Assembly (NCBI GenBank): GCA_030834095.1
Contig: JAURGA010000002.1
Location: 9,004-73,003 of the forward strand
From: Candidatus Nanopelagicales bacterium
GTDB taxonomy: Bacteria; Actinomycetota; Actinomycetes; Nanopelagicales; Nanopelagicaceae
DNA length: 64,000 bases
Direction of reading: 5' to 3'
In this document: positions 23,324 through 32,726 of the stretch, in pieces
Position numbering within the stretch: position 1 is the first letter of the stretch
Layout: every line of letters begins with the position of its first letter
The notes under the pieces: model-generated
The model's input: only the letters and a program-made list of their open reading frames with translations
What the model was told of the DNA's origin: nothing
Database searches by the model: none
Program-made: the position numbers and the translations under genes

Positions 23324-24664
23324 TTACTGCGCAGCAAAAGCTTCATCAATAACTTCGAGCGCTTCAATCAATAAGTGCTCTGGCATAACCAGGGGTGGTA
23401 ACAAGCGAATAACATTTGAGTAAGTTCCGGCGCTCAGAATCAATACACCTTTCTGCTGGCAATATTTAATTACCGCACTCATAACTTCGCTATTTGGTTC
23501 CGTGGTCCCAGGCTTTACTAATTCAATTGCCTGCATCGCACCGGCCCCACGAACTTCGCCGATTACTGGATGCTTCTTTGCCATATTCTGTAAGGCATCA
23601 ACCATAATTTTGCCAATTACATTTGCGCGATCAACTAATTTTTCCTCTTCAATAGTTGCAATCGCACCTAGTGCTGCAGCACATGCGACTGGGTTTCCGC
23701 CAAAGGTTCCACCGAGTCCGCTGGCATGAACTGAATCTAGGATTTCTGCTCGACCAGTTACGCCAGCGAGTGGGAAACCACCAGCGATTCCTTTAGCAGT
23801 TGTAATCAGATCAGCATCAACGTTCTCGTGTTCAACAGCGAACATCTTTCCCGTACGACCAAAACCAGTTTGAACTTCATCTGCAACAAAGACGATGCCA
23901 TTTTCATTGGCAAAGTTAGCGAGCCCAGGAAGGAAGCCCTTTGGTGGAACAATGAATCCGCCTTCGCCTTGAATTGGTTCGATGACAATTGCTGCAACGC
24001 TCTTGGCGCCAATTTCCTTCTCAATTTTATGAGTTACTTCTTCGAGAGTTTGAACCGCGCAATTAGCTGCATCGCCATTAAATCTAAATGGATAAGCCAT
24101 TGGCATCCGATAAATCTCACTAGCAAATGGTCCAAAGCCCTCCTTGTAAGGCATGCTCTTTGCAGTCATTGCCATAGTTAAATTTGTACGGCCGTGATAT
24201 CCATGTTCGAATACGACCACAGCTTGGCGCTTGGTATATGCGCGAGCAATTTTGATTGCATTTTCAACAGCCTCAGCACCGGAATTTAATAGAACTGATT
24301 TCTTCTTATGTGTTCCTGGTGTCAATCTATTAAGCGCCTCGCAGACTTCGATATACCCAAGGTAAGGAGCAATCATGAAACATGTGTGAGTAAAGGCTTT
24401 GACTTGGCTAATCACATTTTCAACTACTCGATCTGCGCTATTTCCAACATTTACAACAGCGATTCCAGCACCCATATCAATAATTGAATTGCCGTCGACA
24501 TCAACAATTACTCCGCCACCAGCTTTTTCAACGACAATTGGTATCGCCATTCCAAGTGATGCGGATACTGCTTCATTGCGCCTTTTGATAATCTCCTGTG
24601 ATTTTGGTCCTGGGATTGCTGTTATCAGGCGACGTTCTTGCGGAATATTTGGGCCGGTAGTCAT
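23324..24664 (-). CDS. gabT: 4-aminobutyrate--2-oxoglutarate aminotransferase (class III PLP)
   Basis: Collinear with E. coli GabT as recalled: SGAEAVENAIKIAR, IEPIQGEGGF, ADEVQTGFGRTG, TTAKGIAGGFPLAGVTGR (PLP Lys), LGGTFGGNP. Its stop lies 1 nt from the stop of the convergent oxidoreductase gene. Confidence 0.9.
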   Translation of the reverse strand: MTTGPNIPQERRLITAIPGPKSQEIIKRRNEAVSASLGMAIPIVVEKAGGGVIVDVDGNSIIDMGAGIAVVNVGNSADRVVENVISQVKAFTHTCFMIAPYLGYIEVCEALNRLTPGTHKKKSVLLNSGAEAVENAIKIARAYTKRQAVVVFEHGYHGRTNLTMAMTAKSMPYKEGFGPFASEIYRMPMAYPFRFNGDAANCAVQTLEEVTHKIEKEIGAKSVAAIVIEPIQGEGGFIVPPKGFLPGLANFANENGIVFVADEVQTGFGRTGKMFAVEHENVDADLITTAKGIAGGFPLAGVTGRAEILDSVHASGLGGTFGGNPVACAAALGAIATIEEEKLVDRANVIGKIMVDALQNMAKKHPVIGEVRGAGAMQAIELVKPGTTEPNSEVMSAVIKYCQQKGVLILSAGTYSNVIRLLPPLVMPEHLLIEALEVIDEAFAAQ

Positions 24665-24728
24665 GGACTCAGTCTATCTGAGGCAAATGTTTTACTCATT
24701 TTCACTTCCGATATAGGAGAATGGGGAA

Positions 24729-25886
24729 GTGCCCAACCAAATCGACTTAGTAATTCTTGGCTCAACTGGATCTATCGGGGTCCAGGCACTTGAAATAGTT
24801 GAAGCCAATCCAGATAAATTTCGAGTCGTAGCGTTGGCTGCCGGATCTTCAAACTTACAACTATTGGCAGATCAGGCAAAACGATTCTCAGTTCCAGTTG
24901 TCGGAACCACCGGTGATCGTGAAACCTTTACTCAGATGTTTACTGGGAAAAACAAGGTCGAAGTGATCGATGGCTCTAAGAGTTCATCCGAAATTGCAGC
25001 GATTGCGTGCGACATCGTTTTGAATGGCATTTCTGGATCTATTGGGCTTGGTCCGACTCTTGCCGCACTTTCAGTCGGAAATAAAGTTGCGCTCGCAAAT
25101 AAAGAGTCACTTGTTGCTGGTGGCGATTTAGTAATGGCCTTCGGGCGAGATCAAATAATTCCAGTCGACTCCGAACATTCTGCTTTGTATCAATGTTTCC
25201 TAAGCGGAAAAGCTTCCGAGGTTAAGCAAGTTATTTTGACAGCTAGCGGTGGCCCATTTAGAGATCGCAATAAATTATCAGATATTTCAGTTGCTGATGC
25301 GCTCAATCATCCAACTTGGTCAATGGGTCCAGTTGTAACAATCAACTCTGCAACTCTAATGAATAAAGGTTTGGAAATTATCGAAGCTCACTATCTCTTT
25401 GATCTGCCATACTCAAAGATTTCTGCAGTAATTCATCCGCAATCTATTGTTCATTCAATGGTCGAATTTATTGATGGCTCAACAATCGCTCAGGCCAGTC
25501 CGCCAAATATGAAGGGGCCGATTGCCTACGCGATTTCTGGAACAAATAGAATTTCAAAGGCAACTGCGCCAATTGATTGGAGCGCGAAGCAGAGTTGGGA
25601 GTTCATGCCAATCGACAATGCTAAATTCCCGGCGGTTGATCTTGCACGTAGATGCGGCGAACTTGGTGGTGGATTACCAGCAATCTTTAATGCAGCGAAT
25701 GAAGTTGCGGTTGAAGCATTTATAAATAGAGCGATTCCATTTGTGAAGATAGTCGATGTGGTCGACGCTACAGTTCAAAAATTGGGTGGGAACTCACCTA
25801 TAACAATAGGATCGCTCTCTGATGTCAGTGCCATAGAGGATGATGCAAGAGTTCTAGCCAATCAATTAGTTCAGGAGCGCAAGTGA
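24729..25886 (+). CDS. dxr: 1-deoxy-D-xylulose-5-phosphate reductoisomerase
   Basis: LGSTGSIGVQAL NADPH motif, LANKESLV, DSEHSA and NAANEVAV. GTG start. Confidence 0.95.
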   Translation: MPNQIDLVILGSTGSIGVQALEIVEANPDKFRVVALAAGSSNLQLLADQAKRFSVPVVGTTGDRETFTQMFTGKNKVEVIDGSKSSSEIAAIACDIVLNGISGSIGLGPTLAALSVGNKVALANKESLVAGGDLVMAFGRDQIIPVDSEHSALYQCFLSGKASEVKQVILTASGGPFRDRNKLSDISVADALNHPTWSMGPVVTINSATLMNKGLEIIEAHYLFDLPYSKISAVIHPQSIVHSMVEFIDGSTIAQASPPNMKGPIAYAISGTNRISKATAPIDWSAKQSWEFMPIDNAKFPAVDLARRCGELGGGLPAIFNAANEVAVEAFINRAIPFVKIVDVVDATVQKLGGNSPITIGSLSDVSAIEDDARVLANQLVQERK

Positions 25887-27100
25887 ATTTTCCAGGTCTT
25901 GGTATTCTCGGAGTATTAGCCTTTGTGGTTGCACTTCTCTTCTCAGTAATGGTGCATGAAGCTGGCCACTATTTAACTGCGAAAAAATTCCATATGCGGG
26001 TAACTGAATTCTTTCTCGGTTTTGGAAGCAGAATCTGGTCATTTCAAAGAGGCGAAACTGAATTCGGTATCAAGGCAATTCCTGCCGGAGGTTACTGTCG
26101 AATTTCAGGAATGTCAGTAAATGAAGAGTTGCCAGAAGCTGATAAGCATCGAGCTTTTTACCTAGCCTCGGTTCCAAAAAGGTTAATCGTTCTTGGAGCG
26201 GGTTCATTTCTACACTTCGTATTAGGCTTTTTAATATTAGTAATTCTATTTTCAGGTGTTGGTGTAACAGCAGTAACAAAAACTATTGATCAAGTGGTCC
26301 CATGTGTTTCAAATTCTGCAAGCGGCATTTCAGATTCAAATTGCACCGCAACCTCAATACCAACCCCCGCCAAGGCTGCAGGTTTCATGGCGGGCGATGA
26401 AGTCATCTCAATCAATGGCAAGGAATCTGATAATTGGGCTGACTACACAGAGATAATCCGTGAGTCGGCTCGCAAAGAGGTAATTATCGCAGTCAATCGC
26501 AATGGCGAACGGTTATTGATTCCAGTCACACCAGCTGCTCGTACCCTTAATGGAAGAGAGATTGGCTATTTAGGAATCATTAATGAGTTGGGAACCAAGA
26601 AAGAGAGCCCAATTAAGGCAGTCTCAACTAGCGTACGGATAACTGGAGATTTATTACAGAACAGCGTCACCTCGCTATTCGCACTCCCAGCGAAAATTCC
26701 GGCACTCTTCCGCCAAACTTTCGGCAATGAAGAACGCGATCCTCAAGGTCTAGTTGGGGTAGTCGGTGTTGCTCGTGTTAGCGCCCAGACTGCTAGTGAG
26801 CCATCGCTGGAATCGCGGGAGAAAGTTGCAACCTTCTTAATTATTATCGCCAGCCTTAATATCTTCGTGGGTGTTTTCAATCTTCTTCCTTTGTTGCCAC
26901 TCGATGGTGGCCACATGGCAGTTGCAATAGTTGACGGTATCCGGAGATTTAATGCAAAAAGACGGAAGCTCAGCCCACCACCCGCCATTGATGTTGAGAA
27001 ATTACTCCCGCTCACCTTTGCGGTATTTGCACTCCTAGCGGTTCTATCTCTACTTCTGCTCACGGCTGATATTTTCAATCCAATAAACATCTATCAATAA
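25883..27100 (+). CDS. M50 family site-2 (RIP) zinc metalloprotease, RseP/Rip1-like
   Basis: HEAGH zinc motif in TM1, a central PDZ-like segment, and NLLPLLPLDGG. It holds the conserved dxr-rip-ispG position. GTGA overlap with dxr. Confidence 0.9.
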   Translation: MNFPGLGILGVLAFVVALLFSVMVHEAGHYLTAKKFHMRVTEFFLGFGSRIWSFQRGETEFGIKAIPAGGYCRISGMSVNEELPEADKHRAFYLASVPKRLIVLGAGSFLHFVLGFLILVILFSGVGVTAVTKTIDQVVPCVSNSASGISDSNCTATSIPTPAKAAGFMAGDEVISINGKESDNWADYTEIIRESARKEVIIAVNRNGERLLIPVTPAARTLNGREIGYLGIINELGTKKESPIKAVSTSVRITGDLLQNSVTSLFALPAKIPALFRQTFGNEERDPQGLVGVVGVARVSAQTASEPSLESREKVATFLIIIASLNIFVGVFNLLPLLPLDGGHMAVAIVDGIRRFNAKRRKLSPPPAIDVEKLLPLTFAVFALLAVLSLLLLTADIFNPINIYQ

Positions 27101-27114
27101 TCTAGGATGTATCC

Positions 27115-28266
27115 ATGGTAAATCTCGGAATGCCAAGCACGCCTCCGCCGACGCTGGCACCTCGTCGCAAGAGTAAGCAGCTTAAAGTTGGAAGTGTTCT
27201 AGTTGGCGGCGATGCCCCAGTAAGCGTGCAATCAATGTGCACAACTCTTACTTCGGATGTGAATGCAACTCTGCAACAGATCGCAGAATTAACTGCATCT
27301 GGTTGCCAAATTGTTCGAGTTGCAGTGCCTAGTCAAGATGATGCCGATGCGCTCTCGCAGATTGCAAAGAAGTCACAGATTCCAGTAATTGCAGATATTC
27401 ACTTTCAGCCAAAATATATCTTTGCAGCCATCGATGCTGGTTGCGCTGCAGTCCGAGTAAATCCAGGAAATATTAAGCAGTTCGATGACAAGGTTAAAGA
27501 GGTTGCTAAGGCTGCGGGAGATGCAGGCATCCCAATTCGAATTGGCGTAAATGCTGGCTCGCTTGACCCAAGACTTCTCGCCAAATATGGCAAAGCAACT
27601 CCAGAAGCTCTTGCCGAATCAGCGCTCTGGGAAGCATCGCTCTTTGAAGAGCATGGATTTAGCGATATTAAAATCTCAGTCAAACATCACGATCCCGTAA
27701 CAATGGTTCAGGCCTACAGATTACTTGCAAGCAAATGTGATTATCCATTGCACCTTGGTGTTACTGAGGCCGGACCAATCTTCCAGGGAACGATTAAATC
27801 TGCGACTGCATTTGGAATTTTATTGGCTGAAGGAATCGGCGACACGATTCGAGTATCACTCTCTGCGCCACCTGTTGAAGAAGTAAAGGTTGGAATCTCA
27901 ATTCTTGAATCACTAAATCTTCGCCAACGTAAGTTAGAGATTGTTTCTTGCCCATCTTGTGGCCGCGCCCAGGTTGATGTTTATTCCTTGGCTGAAAAAG
28001 TTCAAGCAGGGCTACAAGGAATGACAGTTCCACTTCGCGTTGCAGTTATGGGTTGCGTTGTTAACGGGCCAGGTGAAGCACGAGAAGCTGATCTTGGGGT
28101 CGCATCCGGAAATGGCAAGGGCCAGATATTTGTGAAGGGCCAAGTAATTAAAACTGTTCCCGAGAGCCAAATTGTTGAAACTCTCATCGAGGAAGCAATG
28201 CGGTTAGCCGAAGAAATGGAAGCTGCTGGTGTTGAAAGTGGAGCACCAACCGTAACTGCTAAGTAA
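27115..28266 (+). CDS. ispG: 4-hydroxy-3-methylbut-2-en-1-yl diphosphate synthase
   Basis: GcpE family: VQSMCTT, RVAVP, and the Fe-S Cys ligands SCPSCGR and GCVVNGPGE. Confidence 0.96.
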   Translation: MVNLGMPSTPPPTLAPRRKSKQLKVGSVLVGGDAPVSVQSMCTTLTSDVNATLQQIAELTASGCQIVRVAVPSQDDADALSQIAKKSQIPVIADIHFQPKYIFAAIDAGCAAVRVNPGNIKQFDDKVKEVAKAAGDAGIPIRIGVNAGSLDPRLLAKYGKATPEALAESALWEASLFEEHGFSDIKISVKHHDPVTMVQAYRLLASKCDYPLHLGVTEAGPIFQGTIKSATAFGILLAEGIGDTIRVSLSAPPVEEVKVGISILESLNLRQRKLEIVSCPSCGRAQVDVYSLAEKVQAGLQGMTVPLRVAVMGCVVNGPGEAREADLGVASGNGKGQIFVKGQVIKTVPESQIVETLIEEAMRLAEEMEAAGVESGAPTVTAK

Positions 28267-28284
28267 GTTCGGTAGGGTACGCCC

Positions 28285-30015
28285 ATGTTGAAAATGTCTA
28301 CCCTGCTTCTGCGCACGCTTCGCGATGACCCAGCAGATGCTGAAGTAGCAAGCCATCGATTATTGGTTCGTGCGGGATATGTCCGTCGAATCGCCGCAGG
28401 AGTTTACTCCTGGTTGCCACTTGGCTATTTAACTTATCGCAATATTGAACGCGTAATTCGCGAAGAGATGGATGCTGCGGGATTTCAAGAAGTTCATTTC
28501 CCAGCGCTTTTACCGCGCGAACCATATGAGAAAACAAGTCGTTGGGAAGAATACGGATCTGATTTATTTAGGTTGCAGGACCGCAGAGGAAACGATTATC
28601 TCTTAGGGCCAACACACGAAGAGATGTTTACCTTAATGGTGAAGGGCGAGTATTCCTCTTACAAAGATTTACCTCTTTCAATTTATCAAATCCAAACTAA
28701 ATTCCGCGATGAAACCAGACCAAGAAGTGGAATTATTCGGGGCCGAGAATTTGTCATGAAGGACTCGTATTCCTTTGATATCGACGATGCCGGGTTAATT
28801 GCTTCTTACAACAAGCATCGCGACGCTTACATCAAGACTTTTGATCGCCTCGGACTTAAATACAACATCGTATCTGCGGTATCAGGTGCAATGGGTGGCT
28901 CAGGTTCTGAAGAATTCTTAGCACCTTGTGCAACTGGTGAAGACACCTATGTTCTATGCAACAAATGTGGTTACGCTGCAAATGTTGAAGCTATGGTCAC
29001 TAAAGTTCCAGCCTATTCCGGCAGTGCACCAGCCGCAATAGAAGAGTTTGATTCTCCAAATACTCCAACAATTGATTCACTAGTAGACCTTTTGAATACA
29101 AAATTTGGTCCAGGACATAAAGCTTCGGACACTCTAAAGAATGTTCTGCTGATGGCGGATGAAAAAGCAATCTCAGTTCTGGTTCCAGGAGATCGTGAAG
29201 TTGATTTGAAGAGGCTCCAAGCAAATCTGCCAGGTGTGCAAGAACTGCGTTTGTTTGAAGATGCCGACTTTGCAAAGTTTCCTGGGCTAGTCAAAGGATA
29301 TGTCGGACCCCAAGATGCAAACAAACTTGGCGTAACTCTTTATGCCGATCCAAGAGTTACTCCAGGATCACACTGGATTACCGGTGCGAATAAAAAAGAC
29401 ACACATGCTCGCTTTGTAACAAATGAGCGTGATTTTAAAGTCGAAAAGTATTTAGAAGCGGCAGAAGTTCGCGCTGGAGATCTCTGCCCAAAGTGTGAAA
29501 CTCCAGTTGTAATTGACCGAGCAATTGAAATTGGTCATATCTTCCAGCTGGGTCGCAAATATGCCCAGGCACTTGATCTAACTGTTTTAGATCAGAACGG
29601 TAAATCCCAAGTTGTCACAATGGGTTCTTATGGAATTGGTGTATCGCGCGCGGTTGCTGCAATTGCAGAACAGACACATGATGAGATTGGCTTGAATTGG
29701 CCGCGCGAAATCGCACCAGCAGATATTCATATTGTCGCAACCGGCAAAGAAGCTGAAGTATTTAAGGCCGCCCTAACTCTGGCCGAAGATTTGGAGGAGA
29801 AGGGCTTGCGGGTAATGTTCGATGATCGCCCAGATGCAAGTGCTGGAGTTAAATTCAAAGATGCAGAATTAATCGGAATTCCATTTATTGTAATTGTTGG
29901 CAAAGCACTTTCTGAAGGGAAAGTTGAATTCCGAGTTCGTCGAACCGGCGAAAAGACTGAGATTGAATTATTGAAAGCAGTCACTGAAATAACTTCAAGG
30001 GTCCTTAATTCATAA
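28285..30015 (+). CDS. proS: prolyl-tRNA synthetase (bacterial type with editing insertion)
   Basis: RTLRDDPADAEVASHRLLVRAGY, class II motifs, an INS editing domain and a C-terminal anticodon-binding domain. 576 aa. Confidence 0.96.
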   Translation: MLKMSTLLLRTLRDDPADAEVASHRLLVRAGYVRRIAAGVYSWLPLGYLTYRNIERVIREEMDAAGFQEVHFPALLPREPYEKTSRWEEYGSDLFRLQDRRGNDYLLGPTHEEMFTLMVKGEYSSYKDLPLSIYQIQTKFRDETRPRSGIIRGREFVMKDSYSFDIDDAGLIASYNKHRDAYIKTFDRLGLKYNIVSAVSGAMGGSGSEEFLAPCATGEDTYVLCNKCGYAANVEAMVTKVPAYSGSAPAAIEEFDSPNTPTIDSLVDLLNTKFGPGHKASDTLKNVLLMADEKAISVLVPGDREVDLKRLQANLPGVQELRLFEDADFAKFPGLVKGYVGPQDANKLGVTLYADPRVTPGSHWITGANKKDTHARFVTNERDFKVEKYLEAAEVRAGDLCPKCETPVVIDRAIEIGHIFQLGRKYAQALDLTVLDQNGKSQVVTMGSYGIGVSRAVAAIAEQTHDEIGLNWPREIAPADIHIVATGKEAEVFKAALTLAEDLEEKGLRVMFDDRPDASAGVKFKDAELIGIPFIVIVGKALSEGKVEFRVRRTGEKTEIELLKAVTEITSRVLNS

Positions 30016-30019
30016 TTAA

Positions 30020-30787
30020 ATGGGAATTGAAACCATAGTATTTCTGGTTATTGCTGCTGGTTTTGCTGGCTTCGTAGATGCAGTCGCGGGTGGTGGCGGT
30101 TTAATCCAATTACCGGCCCTACTAATCGGAATTTCCGAGAAGCCAATTCCTACGATTCTTGGAACAAATAAAGTTATTTCTATCTTTGGAACAAGCACCG
30201 CAGCAGCAAATTACTTTAGAACTGTAAAACCAGATTTAAAATTGACCTCTTACATGGCGGTCCCGGCATTCATCGGCTCGGCGCTCGGAGCCAGACTTGC
30301 TAGCTCTTTTCCTACATCAGTCTTTCGCCCACTAATCATTTTTCTATTGATCTCGGTAGCGATCTATACCTGGCGTAAGCCAGAGCTTGGGATTAGTGAG
30401 AAACTTAAATTCACACAGCGCCAGCGCCATCAAATAGTTTTTATTTTGGGTTTAATCATTGGTTTCTACGATGGCATCTTTGGTCCAGGGACTGGGACAT
30501 TCCTAGTTTTCCTTCTAGTTGGGCTGGTTGGTTATGCCTTCCTTAAAGCATCCGCAACTGCAAAGTTCATAAATATTGCCACCAATCTTGGCGCCATAAT
30601 CTCCTTCCAACTGACTGGTCACATCTTGTGGAAGTTGGGACTTGCACTAGCTATCGCAAATGTTTGCGGCGCAATAATTGGATCGAGACTTGCCATCCGC
30701 GGCGGCTCACCATTGGTACGAAAAGTGTTTTTAGTAGTAACGACAATTCTGATTGCAAAAGTGGGTTATGATTGGCTCGCTAACTAG
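30020..30787 (+). CDS. TauE/SafE (DUF81) family anion permease
   Basis: 255-aa polytopic protein with the duplicated 4-TM architecture and Gly-rich N-terminal helix (FVDAVAGGGGLIQLPAL) typical of the family. Confidence 0.8.
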   Translation: MGIETIVFLVIAAGFAGFVDAVAGGGGLIQLPALLIGISEKPIPTILGTNKVISIFGTSTAAANYFRTVKPDLKLTSYMAVPAFIGSALGARLASSFPTSVFRPLIIFLLISVAIYTWRKPELGISEKLKFTQRQRHQIVFILGLIIGFYDGIFGPGTGTFLVFLLVGLVGYAFLKASATAKFINIATNLGAIISFQLTGHILWKLGLALAIANVCGAIIGSRLAIRGGSPLVRKVFLVVTTILIAKVGYDWLAN

Positions 30788-30815
30788 AACTTAATATTGA
30801 GAAAGGCTTTTGGAT

Positions 30816-31250
30816 ATGCCATTGAACGAGGACATCAGCGCCGCTATCAGGCCAATTATTGAAGCATCTGGAAATTACTTAGAAGAGCTAACAATCACGA
30901 GCGCCGGCAAGGTAAAAATCCTTACAGTTATTGTCGACAGCGACTCCCACTTAAATTTAGATCAGATAACAGCAGTCACAAAAGAAATTTCTGAGGTCAT
31001 TGAAACCCTGGAAGAACTTGGCGATAGCGCTTTCACCTTAGAAGTTACGTCACCTGGCATCGATCGCCCGCTAACGAAGCCACGGCATTGGCGCAAGAAT
31101 TTCAATCGCTTAGTAGAAATCACAATGACCAGCGGTCAAGATATCCAAGGTCGAATTGGAGAAGCCACAGAGTCGGCTGTTTTGGTCGGGGATCAGAAGA
31201 TTTCCTTCGAAGATATAAAGCGTGCAGTTTTAGAGATTGAATTCAAATGA
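30816..31250 (+). CDS. rimP: ribosome maturation factor RimP
   Basis: Conserved position directly upstream of nusA, with LEVTSPGIDRPL. GAAAGG precedes ATG 30816; the ORF track opens at TTG 30810. Confidence 0.9.
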   Translation: MPLNEDISAAIRPIIEASGNYLEELTITSAGKVKILTVIVDSDSHLNLDQITAVTKEISEVIETLEELGDSAFTLEVTSPGIDRPLTKPRHWRKNFNRLVEITMTSGQDIQGRIGEATESAVLVGDQKISFEDIKRAVLEIEFK

Positions 31251-32281
31251 GCGTAGATGTTGCTGCGCTAATTGCGCTAACAATTGAGAAAGAAATTCCG
31301 CTAGAAAAGATGATTAGCGCAATCGAAAATGCGGTAACCGAAACTTACTTAGCACTTGAAGATGCAAAGCCTCAAGGCCGCGCGGTATTGAACCGCGTTG
31401 ATGGCGAGATTCTGATTCATGTTCCTCAGTTTGATGATGAGGGTGTTTATACCGAAACCATTACACATATGCCTGAGGGTTTTGAACAAGTTATTCAATC
31501 AATCACTCGCAAAGAGATTAAACAACGTATGCGTGCGGCAAAAGATGCAGATGTGGTTGAAGAATTCTCAGCTAGTGTTGGTGACGTTCTTTCAGGTGTG
31601 ATTCAACAAGGGCGCGATGCCACTTTGGTTTATGTTGACCTGGGAAGAGTCGAAGGAAAAATCCCACCAATCGAACAAGTCCCAACCGAAACTTATGTTC
31701 ATGGCCAACGCATCAAGTGTTTTGTTGTGGATGTGAAGCAAGGCTTAAAAGGTCCAGAAGTGACGCTCTCTAGAACCCATCCGCTCTTGGTAAAGGCGCT
31801 CTTCACTTTAGAAGTTCCTGAATTAAAAGATCGGATTGTTGAAATCGTTGGCGTTTCTCGCGAAGCTGGTTATCGAAGCAAAGTTTCAGTCAGATCACAC
31901 CGCGCTGGTGTAAGTCCCAAAGGTGCCCTAATTGGCCCAGTTGGCGCCCGAGCAAAAGCGGTAATGGATGAATTAAATGGCGAGAAAATAGATATCGTTG
32001 ATTACTCTGAAAATCCTGCGGTATATGTTGCAAATGCACTTGCCCCAGCAAAGGTAACAAGTTGTGAAGTTGTTGATCTTGAAAGTAAATCTGCAAAAGT
32101 CGTTGTTCCTGATTATCAACTCTCACTAGCGATCGGAAAAGATGGCCAGAACGCTCGGCTTGCGGCTCGACTAACTGGCTGGCGAATCGACATTCATCCA
32201 GATAATCCGGTTGTGCGAATCGAAAAGCCAAAGCCAATTTCCAGCGATGAGCCAGAGGATGCGGGTGATTTTCCCGCGTAG
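31247..32281 (+). CDS. nusA: transcription termination/antitermination factor NusA
   Basis: N-terminal domain, S1 domain and two KH domains (SLAIGKDGQNARLAARLTGWRIDI). ATGA overlap with rimP. Confidence 0.96.
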   Translation: MSVDVAALIALTIEKEIPLEKMISAIENAVTETYLALEDAKPQGRAVLNRVDGEILIHVPQFDDEGVYTETITHMPEGFEQVIQSITRKEIKQRMRAAKDADVVEEFSASVGDVLSGVIQQGRDATLVYVDLGRVEGKIPPIEQVPTETYVHGQRIKCFVVDVKQGLKGPEVTLSRTHPLLVKALFTLEVPELKDRIVEIVGVSREAGYRSKVSVRSHRAGVSPKGALIGPVGARAKAVMDELNGEKIDIVDYSENPAVYVANALAPAKVTSCEVVDLESKSAKVVVPDYQLSLAIGKDGQNARLAARLTGWRIDIHPDNPVVRIEKPKPISSDEPEDAGDFPA

Positions 32282-32348
32282 ATTGTGAACATCCCGATAT
32301 CGCAGGTAAGATTTGCCCCTGATAGTTTAAAAATGCGAGGGATAAGAG

Positions 32349-32591
32349 ATGCCGATTCCGATTCGGAGCTGCATAGCTTGTCGCAAGCGAGAGAACTACA
32401 GTGAACTACTACGGGTAGTTCGGGTCGGAAATCAGGTTCTGCCTGATGAAGATCACCGCAAATTTGGTCGCGGTGCTTGGCTACATCGAAACTGTTTCGA
32501 TTTAGCAAAGGAGCGCAGATCATTTCAACGGGCCTTTCGGACAGATGAAAGTCTTTCGATGGATTCGTTGGAGAAGTTTTTAAATAACTAG
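32349..32591 (+). CDS. ylxR: YlxR/DUF448 family RNA-binding protein
   Basis: RSCIACRKRE...LLRVV motif; 80 aa; conserved nusA-ylxR-infB position. Confidence 0.85.
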   Translation: MPIPIRSCIACRKRENYSELLRVVRVGNQVLPDEDHRKFGRGAWLHRNCFDLAKERRSFQRAFRTDESLSMDSLEKFLNN

Positions 32592-32726
32592 TTTTACGAA
32601 TATAAGGAGCGAAAGCTATGTCAAACCCAAATTGGGAAATCAAGTAACCATGAGCACCGCGCGCTCATGATTAAGGCATTAATTTAGGCTCCAATTAAGA
32701 CGTGGGGCCAAGACAGGAAGGCAACT

